Of a DNA stretch of 64,000 bases, positions 50,897 through 59,185 are shown piece by piece; position 1 is the stretch's first letter, and every line of letters starts with the position of its first letter. Source of the stretch: Candidatus Bathyarchaeota archaeon (GTDB taxonomy: Archaea > Thermoproteota > Bathyarchaeia > Bathyarchaeales > Bathycorpusculaceae). The position numbers and the translations under genes were made by a program. Under the pieces are notes generated by a model. That model worked only from the letters and a program-made list of their open reading frames with translations, did not search any database and was not told the origin of the DNA. The stretch is from assembly GCA_963826715.1 (NCBI GenBank), contig CAWGYA010000002.1, positions 416,001 to 480,000 of the forward strand. Reading direction: 5' to 3'.

Positions 50897-53875
50897 TTAG
50901 TCGCATAGGCAGTTGTAGTCGCAGTAGTTGCACTCCCAACTTCCTTTCTTAGGCTCAAATGATGCAGCCTTAATCTTAGCAGCCATCTCAGCGATTTCGG
51001 CTTGCATAGCTTCTATGGCTTTTTGTTCGGGTTCAAAGAACACTTTCTCGTTAGACCGCAAAAACCAGTCTCCAACCTTCAATTTGCCACCATCGCCATA
51101 CATGCCTCTAACTGCAAGAGCATAAACGAGTAGCTGCATATCTTTTTTAAGCTCATTTAAAGAGGGTGCTTTTTTGCTTGTCTTGTAATCCACCACAGTA
51201 TAGTTGGGTCCGTCTTTGTCGATGCGGTCGATCCTTCCTCGCAGTCTCACTTCGCCTATGGAAGTCTCAAACCATCGTTCGATTTCAAGTATCTCTGTTT
51301 TGCTCTTAGCTTGCTCATCGAGGAAAACTTTGAGGATAGCTTTGGCTTCGTCGTAGTCTCTTTTTTCATCAATATTTGATTTGTAGCCTTTCGGGTCCCA
51401 AAACTTCGCCAGCAGTTCAAAAGCCACTGCATCATCGATGGTTTTTCCGTCTTTCTGCATCCTAGTTAGCTGCTCTGCAATGCTATGAAGAGAAGAGCCA
51501 AAATCAAAGTAGTAACGCGGCTTCTCAGGAATCTTCATGACATGGCGGAACTGGTAGAGTTTGGGGCATTTCTTGTATCCAACAAATTGTGACACGCTAA
51601 AAACGTGATTCTCAGGAACTGTAACGGGTGCTTCTTCTATCTTACTTAGAAGGGAGTAGTCGGGTTCTTTTAATTTTGCAATTAATTCACCTTTGATATC
51701 TAAGGCTTTGTTTGTTGATTTAGCGAATAGAAGCACATTTTCTAAGGCATCACTGAATTTTCCTGTTGTTAGGTTTGAAAGGATTTGTTTCATGAGTTGA
51801 GTTTGTATTTGGTCCTCTTTAGTTGTTGATTCCGGAGAAAGGTCTACTCCGTCTGCTTGCTGGAAGGTTATTTTGTCGTTTTGTTGATAGTCTATTTCGG
51901 TTAGGAACCTGGATGTTTTTGAGTCTGTTTTATTATCTCCATAGCGTTTAGCGTAGGTGATTAGCAGTTTTTCCTTAGCGCGTGTTATTGCTACATAGAA
52001 AAGTCTTCTTTCCTCTTGGATATGGAGCTCTTTTTCATCAAATTCTGATTGGATACCTCTGAGCAACTCTTTTGGGATTGAGAATTTATCTTTTTGATAC
52101 CTTGTTGGCAGCTTATTCTCGACCAAGTCAGGGATAATAACTGCTGGGTACTGCATGCCTTTAACGCCATGAATCGTTGAGATGACAACTGATTGTTCTT
52201 CGAGGTTTTGTTCTTCAATCTCAAAGTTAGAGGCAAATGAGAGGTATTCTGTGAAGTCTTCAATGTCATTGTCTGGGTAGATACTGTTGAATTCCTCCCC
52301 GAACTCGTAGAATTGGTTTATTAGCTGAATGTTTCGGTTGTTTTGCAAAGCGATTTCGTATTTGTAGAATTCGCGTTCGAAAAGCAAACTGTGGATAAGG
52401 TCCAGGGTTCCAAGTCTCTTTTTAGAACTGATTATGTCAGATAGGGTTTTTTTGACTTGAAGGAACTTGAATTTATCGACCTCAATCTTGCTTAGCTGGT
52501 CAAATGCTTCGTAGAGTGACAGCTCATTTTCGCTTGCGTAGCAGTTGAATTTGCATATCTCAATCTGTTTAATTCCATAGTTGGGACGGTTTAGGATCCT
52601 TACGATTTCGGCGTTGCTTTCCAGTGGGTTACTGATTACTTGGAAGTAGGCGGTGATGTCTTTTATGATGGGTTCTTGGAAAAATCCTGTTTCGCCTACA
52701 AAGTTGAATCGGATACCTTGTTTTCGAAATGCCTTAATTATTGGCTCAGCCGTTGCTCTGCGCCTACAAAGGATCGCTATGTCCTGCGGCGAATATTTGG
52801 GTAGCATTTCTTTTACTTTTTCAAGAATGTAGTTAGCTTGTGAATAATCCGTTGGAGTCTCAATAACCGATACGTTTTCTCCGTCTTTGTTTTTGGTGAA
52901 AAGTCTCTTTTTTGTTCTTTCTGTCCTGTTTTCTATTAGTTTGTTAGCTACAGCTACGATTTTTTTGGTGCTGCGATAATTATGCTCTAAGGCGATTTCT
53001 ATGCTGTTGGGAAATATTTTTTTGAATTCAGCTATGTTTGTGAGGTACGCGCCTCGGAATCGGTAGATGCTTTGGTCATCATCCCCTACAACCGTAATAT
53101 GGCCATGCTGGCTAGCTATCAGTTGGACAATTTGCAGTTGAATATAGTTAGTATCCTGGAACTCATCCACGATGACATATTGGAATTTTTCCCGGTAGCT
53201 CTTCAAAATCAACGGTTTACTTTTCAGCAGGTTGTAAACCGTGCAAAGCATGTCTCCAAAATCAATCAAGTTATTATTCAGCTTGTATTCTTCGTAAGCC
53301 CGATAAATCTTCAATATATCTTTAAGGCAATTTAGGTCCTCTTGAGCTTCTTCATCGAGCTCTTCTTTCTCACGTTTTCCAATATACTGCTTAATATCCT
53401 CAGGTGAAACAGATTCGTCTTTGCATCTTGAAATGAACTTAGCCATTTCTTCCGCCAAAGTATATGGCTCATGATTAAACTCCAGATGTTCAATGCCAAA
53501 ACTGTTAATGTTCTTAGTCAAGTAAACTAACTGAGCAGTTTCTGTGATTACTCTAAAATTCGCATTGAGCTTGGTATTTAGAATATTATCTTGGATGAAT
53601 TGGTTACAAAAAGAATGAAAAGTCGAGATACTCAAATCCTCAGCATTTCCAACCATGCCAATGACTCGCATCTTAAGCTCCTCTGCCGCTTTTTGGTTAA
53701 AAGCTAAGGCAAGTATGTTCTCTGTTTTGGCGCCCTGTTCAATTAGATAAGCTATTTTGCTTGCCACTGTCAACGTTTTGCCGGAGCCAGCACCCGCTAT
53801 TATTAGCAGAGGTCTGTCAATTTCTTTTACGGCTTCTGCTTGCTGTGGATTCAAATTATCAAAAATGTTTGGCGT
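50897..53875 (-). CDS. UvrD/PcrA helicase fused to Fe-S PD-(D/E)XK (AddB/Cas4-like) nuclease
   Basis: GAGSGKT, DEFQD, GDDDQSIY, NYRS, EERRLFYVAITRA; CP...GRIDRID...DYKT...Q...CxxCxxxxxC; start ACG 53875 or TTG 53854. Confidence 0.88.
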   Translation of the reverse strand, partial: TPNIFDNLNPQQAEAVKEIDRPLLIIAGAGSGKTLTVASKIAYLIEQGAKTENILALAFNQKAAEELKMRVIGMVGNAEDLSISTFHSFCNQFIQDNILNTKLNANFRVITETAQLVYLTKNINSFGIEHLEFNHEPYTLAEEMAKFISRCKDESVSPEDIKQYIGKREKEELDEEAQEDLNCLKDILKIYRAYEEYKLNNNLIDFGDMLCTVYNLLKSKPLILKSYREKFQYVIVDEFQDTNYIQLQIVQLIASQHGHITVVGDDDQSIYRFRGAYLTNIAEFKKIFPNSIEIALEHNYRSTKKIVAVANKLIENRTERTKKRLFTKNKDGENVSVIETPTDYSQANYILEKVKEMLPKYSPQDIAILCRRRATAEPIIKAFRKQGIRFNFVGETGFFQEPIIKDITAYFQVISNPLESNAEIVRILNRPNYGIKQIEICKFNCYASENELSLYEAFDQLSKIEVDKFKFLQVKKTLSDIISSKKRLGTLDLIHSLLFEREFYKYEIALQNNRNIQLINQFYEFGEEFNSIYPDNDIEDFTEYLSFASNFEIEEQNLEEQSVVISTIHGVKGMQYPAVIIPDLVENKLPTRYQKDKFSIPKELLRGIQSEFDEKELHIQEERRLFYVAITRAKEKLLITYAKRYGDNKTDSKTSRFLTEIDYQQNDKITFQQADGVDLSPESTTKEDQIQTQLMKQILSNLTTGKFSDALENVLLFAKSTNKALDIKGELIAKLKEPDYSLLSKIEEAPVTVPENHVFSVSQFVGYKKCPKLYQFRHVMKIPEKPRYYFDFGSSLHSIAEQLTRMQKDGKTIDDAVAFELLAKFWDPKGYKSNIDEKRDYDEAKAILKVFLDEQAKSKTEILEIERWFETSIGEVRLRGRIDRIDKDGPNYTVVDYKTSKKAPSLNELKKDMQLLVYALAVRGMYGDGGKLKVGDWFLRSNEKVFFEPEQKAIEAMQAEIAEMAAKIKAASFEPKKGSWECNYCDYNCLCD

Positions 53876-54023
53876 TGTGGCTGTCTCCTTTTTTAATTAA
53901 CCAATCAACCAAGTAAAGCATAGATTATGATAAAGGAATTCCAAATTTAACTTTTCTTTATCCAAAATTCAGGCTATGGGAAAATTGACGAAACTAATCT
54001 AATCTATTAGTTTTTTGCTTTGA

Positions 54024-54749
54024 CTAAACGGTTACTTTGTTTGTTATTATGACTCTATTAGAATCAGGTCTTTTTTGATATCGCCAATATTCACCGTTGA
54101 ACTCTCTTAATGTGTCTTCTAAATTTGACAGGTCAATATATGTGAAAGGTGTTTCATTTTTGAGGTCCTGAGTATTTATTTCTTGCTTTCCGTTAAAAGC
54201 TCCGTATAGGAGTATCATATCTTTTATAATGTAGCTTGGGCAAACCATTTTTTTTGATTTCCAATTATAATTGTCTTTTGAATTTACGATTATGTCAAAA
54301 TGCTCTAAAATCTTAAGGTAATAGCCCACTACATACTTGACGATGCGGCGGTCACCATATTTTTCAACCGTTGAGAAATATAGTGCACGCCTATCCAAAC
54401 CGTCTGTGTGTAAGTACTTTAGATTAATCTTTTCTTGAATAAATTGTGCGACATCGCTCCTACTGAGTAGAGTAAATAACAAGACCGGCTTAATTGAATC
54501 AAACGTATATTTTACTGAAATATCATGCAAGTAATTAGCATCAAAGTATTCGACTCCACTCACTTTCGTTAAGTTGAGGTAATATCGTCTAATTATTGTC
54601 ATTATGTTTTTTTTCGATTTTAATCCCTGGGGTTCGATGATGGAGTTAAATTCGGGTTCAAGGTTTTTGTATTGCAATCCTGGCTTACTTAATTTAAGGA
54701 TTTTATAAACCCATTCAGGTTTGAAAGCTCTGTCCAGGCCGATTATCAT
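54024..54749 (-). CDS. brxA: BREX type 3 BrxA-like protein
   Basis: Position (ATGA overlap after pglZ), size and IGLDR N-terminus; assignment mostly positional. Confidence 0.55.
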   Translation of the reverse strand: MIIGLDRAFKPEWVYKILKLSKPGLQYKNLEPEFNSIIEPQGLKSKKNIMTIIRRYYLNLTKVSGVEYFDANYLHDISVKYTFDSIKPVLLFTLLSRSDVAQFIQEKINLKYLHTDGLDRRALYFSTVEKYGDRRIVKYVVGYYLKILEHFDIIVNSKDNYNWKSKKMVCPSYIIKDMILLYGAFNGKQEINTQDLKNETPFTYIDLSNLEDTLREFNGEYWRYQKRPDSNRVIITNKVTV

Positions 54750-56653
54750 TCAAACACCACTAAAGGTACAATTAACTCCTCAGGTGAGATTCCGCCATGT
54801 GTGATTGCCATGTCCCCGTAGTTTTTAAAGCAATCATTTCCTATAGGAAGAACTAATATCAAATCTTTTGGTAACATAGCATAAGAGTATGAAAATAGCT
54901 TTTGATGATTTTTATCAATAGCCTCTTCTGCAAAAATTTCGCTATCATAGAATAGACATCTCGAAGATTCGGTGCATATCTGCAAATTCTTGTTGACTTT
55001 GATTCCGTTGCCTTTGCAAAAGACATTTCCATGATCTGAAGTCAGAATGATTTGGTATCCATCATTTTTAAGCTGTTTGATGAGCTCTTTAATAGAAGAA
55101 GAATGTATGTGATTTGCTGCATTCTTATAGAAGTTTCTTTTTCCTACATCAATTATAATGTTCTCGTGGCTCAGGTCGTCGAACAGATTACATATTAATG
55201 CTAAGTAATCGTACCCTTTAAGGTGCTCGTATCGCTTTTCCGTGCTTTTGGTTTTTATTGTATTGGTCTTCAGATTTATGTGGCCATATAATACATTGTC
55301 TTTTTTGAATCCTCTTTCTGCCATGGCGCTCAGAAATTCTTTTTCTTCGTTTGGGAATTCAAATTTCGAATTCATGAAATCTTTTGGGGTTTTGCCGGAG
55401 AATATTGCTGTTCTTGAAAACGATGTAACTGTTGGGAGAACTGCGAACAGGCTTTTTTCAGTTATTTTAAATTCTTTGAGGTTTTCTCGAAGGAGGAACC
55501 ATTCATCAAAGGACATTCCGTCCATTACAATTAAAGCTATGTTTCTATTAAATTGGCTTTTTGAATAATCTATGACTTTGTCTATCGTCAAAGGCTTGTT
55601 TGATTGTGACGCATAAAACAAATTTTCATAGTTGTTATTGCTAGTATTGATTAGGTGTTTTCTGAAAAGTCTGTCAAAATTTTCATATTCTGTATCAAGA
55701 TTAACAAAATCATCCATTTTCAAGTTGTCATTTATCTGTATCCGATAGATGATTTCACAAAATAGCCTTGAAACGGTCATGATATCGTCTAGCTCATTAA
55801 AGCTAAATTCCTTTTTTATTAATTCATCGATCTTGTAATGATAATCAGCAACCATTGCAATTATCTTTCTTTGAGTCATTTCTTGATCAGGTGACTCTTT
55901 GAATTTTGCAAGCCAGAGTTCTTTATAGATCATATCATTATCGATAGGCAGCTCCAGATGGTTAGTTAAACTGAGTTTAAGTAAATAAAATTGGATAATA
56001 GGATCGGACAATTTTAAAATAGGAAATTTCCCAGATTCTTTTTGAATTATATATGCCTTAATTTGATTTTTGATCCAATTTATAAAATCAGGCTTGTTAT
56101 TTTTGAATTCTCTTAAATCAACTTCAAGTTTTTTAGAAGCACTGTCAATAATAGATTTCGGAATGTCTCCGTTATCAATAATATAAGATAATGCTATTTT
56201 GAAATTTTCAGTTATGGAGTGAAGTTTACCCAAATCAATATTCCAGATACTTTTAAGAATGAACTCCTCTGTGCTTCCTGCATCCAAACCGAGGTTCTTT
56301 CTTTCGCAATAATCGTTGTATAGCGTCTGGTAATAAGTTGAATCTAATTGTTTTATCATATCAGACTCGAATTCGGGAAAGATATCGGACAGGAGAATTT
56401 CTTTTATCCTGAAATTATTTCTTATAAAAAAACTTTCGTTTCTTTTTGAGGAATAGACAATAATACGATTATTTCTATTTTGACTAAGAAAGATGTGTAG
56501 AGATGCGTCATCTCTAAATTCTTGAAGTTTATAGTTCTTTGCAAGTTCATTTTTGAGATTGCCATCTCTGAGAAGATTCGAGGGGTCATATACATAGATT
56601 TTATCGCCAAGCAATTGAATATCCTTGATTATCGAGGTAAACCATTTCTTCAT
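54746..56653 (-). CDS. pglZ: BREX PglZ alkaline-phosphatase-fold protein
   Basis: VMDGMS, PTVTSFSR, DDLSH, TSDHG, HGGISPEE. Confidence 0.9.
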   Translation of the reverse strand: MKKWFTSIIKDIQLLGDKIYVYDPSNLLRDGNLKNELAKNYKLQEFRDDASLHIFLSQNRNNRIIVYSSKRNESFFIRNNFRIKEILLSDIFPEFESDMIKQLDSTYYQTLYNDYCERKNLGLDAGSTEEFILKSIWNIDLGKLHSITENFKIALSYIIDNGDIPKSIIDSASKKLEVDLREFKNNKPDFINWIKNQIKAYIIQKESGKFPILKLSDPIIQFYLLKLSLTNHLELPIDNDMIYKELWLAKFKESPDQEMTQRKIIAMVADYHYKIDELIKKEFSFNELDDIMTVSRLFCEIIYRIQINDNLKMDDFVNLDTEYENFDRLFRKHLINTSNNNYENLFYASQSNKPLTIDKVIDYSKSQFNRNIALIVMDGMSFDEWFLLRENLKEFKITEKSLFAVLPTVTSFSRTAIFSGKTPKDFMNSKFEFPNEEKEFLSAMAERGFKKDNVLYGHINLKTNTIKTKSTEKRYEHLKGYDYLALICNLFDDLSHENIIIDVGKRNFYKNAANHIHSSSIKELIKQLKNDGYQIILTSDHGNVFCKGNGIKVNKNLQICTESSRCLFYDSEIFAEEAIDKNHQKLFSYSYAMLPKDLILVLPIGNDCFKNYGDMAITHGGISPEELIVPLVVFE

Positions 56654-56656
56654 ACG

Positions 56657-59185
56657 CTAATCATCTTTTGCCAGCGCCCAATCAATTATTGCATAAATCT
56701 CGTCATCAGACTGAATCACTTTACTATCCAACTTCTTTCCAATAGCTCTAATCTGATCGACACCCTTCTTGTTGTATAGCTGAATTAAGCCATGCAACAA
56801 GGCCTCCTTTCTAACGTCAAAAATCTTCTTACCAGCCTTAGTTTCTTCAACTATTTGCTGGAACTCCTTATTCAATCTCTTATCTCGCATATCTTCCTTC
56901 TCTTTCTTTTCAGCTATAGATGGGAGCCTGTACTTTCCAGTCTCAGTCACAAAATTTTCTTCCAACATCAACTTTAATTCAGGAATTTTGTCATCCGAAG
57001 TTAGAAGATTTTTGTTGTACTCAATGGATACTTCACCGTAACTTCTGGGTATTCTCAAGAATTGAGAAAGCCAAATTATTGCTGTCTTCTCACTGTCAAT
57101 TCCTAGCACTGTTTGATCGAGATTAAATTTGCCAATGCTTTTCTTCAGCTTTAATCTCTTTTCATATTCAGATATTTGCTCTTTATTGAACCAAAATCCA
57201 TCTCTTTCCATGAAGTTGTTTCTAAGCAAGCCATAGAACTCAGAGGCATCAATTCTAACTTCAAAACCATTCTGAATATATTGAGCAAGAAGCTTAGAAT
57301 ATAACATTTGTCGGCTTCTCTCAATATTTGGCTCAACAGGTAGCTTTTCTAAATGTACTTCAATGAATTCTTTCTCAAGATTTAATCCACCTTTTCTTAA
57401 GAAAGATACCCGAAATTCATCTGATGGCTTGTAAGCATTAATAATAAGATCATTTTTTACCGAACCTGCTGATGTTACCTGCTTGAAAGTAGTTTGCTTT
57501 TTATCTAACACTGCAACTTGCCCAATAATGAAGCCTGCTTTGACAATAGCTTCATGTATACACTTCCAAACCGATGCTTGAGAATTATGAAATTCTATCG
57601 TTATCCATCTGTTAGGTTTTAAAATGTCAAAATACTCTTTAAAAGAATTTGTCATCAATTGTCGGTATTCATTTAACGTTTTGTTTTGTGTGTTATTAAT
57701 AATTGCCTCCTCTTTATTGTTTGTAAAGACTTTTAACCAAGCCTCCCACATGAAATTTAGTTCTGAATACATTAGATTTCCACCAAACGGTGGATCGGTA
57801 AAAATATAATCGACACTATTTTTAGGAACATTTCTCAATGATGAAGCCGATTGAGTAGAAATACATAAGCAAGGTTTTAGCTCATTCAAAAATTGCTGCA
57901 ATCTACTTGTCTTGTTTATGTGTTCTCTTAAAACCTTAATCATAGAAAGTTCTTTGTTTAAAGAAGGAACATAAAGCGTTCCACTCATAGGTCCACCCCC
58001 AGCTCCAAATTGAGCACCTTGGGATACGAACCTGTATCTTTTCGTTACAGTAGTTCCTACGGATGTTACATTAAAAAATCTTGTCGGTGATCGCATTTTA
58101 GCTGCAAAAGCTGACAAAACCAACAAATTTCTCAAAGAATAAAATTGGTGAATATTAGTAATCCCTCTTTTGTCATTTCTTCTTGATTCGTCCCCTTCCG
58201 GCATCCTATTTATTGGGAACCAGTATGGAATTACGTTGCTCTCTATTTTTTTGAGGGTTTCGTCATCTTGTTTGTCTGGTCTTTTACTATATCTTTTGTT
58301 TTGAAAAACATATGAAATATACACTTGCTTTTGCTTTCTCAATATTACTTCTTCACCTAAGATGGGATCATATACTTTTTCATATGCACTCTTTCCTTTG
58401 CTAGTCGATAGATCTGCACTACATGAAGGGCAAAAATACTGATCTTTTATTTTTCCTATTTCAACATTAACTGCTGTATCCCAAAAAACGTATTCATTAC
58501 TACAATGAGGGCATATGAAAACGTCACTCCATATTGAATAAATTATCTTGCCCATTTTACCTTGGGAGAACGATCTCTCATCATGGACTGTTTCAAACAT
58601 CCATCCATATTCTTTTTCGATTTCGTCAACTGTTTTAGCGGCTTCGTCCCCGTAATTCAGACCCAAAAACGGAAAATTATATCCAAATGCGATGAATGTG
58701 GCAGCTGGGGATAAATCTAGTAATATTGCTCTCCTTTTCGTCGTTGAAGCAGCTATACCAGTCATACCAGTTCCACAAAAACCGTCCAGAATTATATCGC
58801 CAGGATCGGTATAGTGCACTATGAATTTCTCAATTGCCTTGTAGGGTACTTTGGTATGATAACAGTGTGTTAGATATATAGGATCATTCTTACCTTCGCT
58901 TATGTCACCAACAAATGGTTCTTTTTTATAGTTGTCTGTCTCTGAATTGTATGGTTTTCCATATTTTTGTACAAATTGAGTTAGATAGGGGTTAGGATAA
59001 GCTGTATAATAAGGGGGGTTTGATAACTCCAGTATATCCTCATCGTCACCTTTGGGAAACCCCTCTAAAGCTTTCATTCTTTCCATGTCTTGCTTAATCT
59101 TTTCTTGAGTCAGCTCTAATGATTTAACAAAATCATCATCCTTCTGGTTCTCAATTAATCTATTTTGCTTCATGGAATACCACAT
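56657..59185 (-). CDS. pglXI: BREX type 3 amino-DNA methyltransferase (PglXI-like)
   Basis: YHTKVP, DGFCGTGMTG, two CxxC, TDPPF, YSELN. Confidence 0.85.
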   Translation of the reverse strand: MWYSMKQNRLIENQKDDDFVKSLELTQEKIKQDMERMKALEGFPKGDDEDILELSNPPYYTAYPNPYLTQFVQKYGKPYNSETDNYKKEPFVGDISEGKNDPIYLTHCYHTKVPYKAIEKFIVHYTDPGDIILDGFCGTGMTGIAASTTKRRAILLDLSPAATFIAFGYNFPFLGLNYGDEAAKTVDEIEKEYGWMFETVHDERSFSQGKMGKIIYSIWSDVFICPHCSNEYVFWDTAVNVEIGKIKDQYFCPSCSADLSTSKGKSAYEKVYDPILGEEVILRKQKQVYISYVFQNKRYSKRPDKQDDETLKKIESNVIPYWFPINRMPEGDESRRNDKRGITNIHQFYSLRNLLVLSAFAAKMRSPTRFFNVTSVGTTVTKRYRFVSQGAQFGAGGGPMSGTLYVPSLNKELSMIKVLREHINKTSRLQQFLNELKPCLCISTQSASSLRNVPKNSVDYIFTDPPFGGNLMYSELNFMWEAWLKVFTNNKEEAIINNTQNKTLNEYRQLMTNSFKEYFDILKPNRWITIEFHNSQASVWKCIHEAIVKAGFIIGQVAVLDKKQTTFKQVTSAGSVKNDLIINAYKPSDEFRVSFLRKGGLNLEKEFIEVHLEKLPVEPNIERSRQMLYSKLLAQYIQNGFEVRIDASEFYGLLRNNFMERDGFWFNKEQISEYEKRLKLKKSIGKFNLDQTVLGIDSEKTAIIWLSQFLRIPRSYGEVSIEYNKNLLTSDDKIPELKLMLEENFVTETGKYRLPSIAEKKEKEDMRDKRLNKEFQQIVEETKAGKKIFDVRKEALLHGLIQLYNKKGVDQIRAIGKKLDSKVIQSDDEIYAIIDWALAKDD

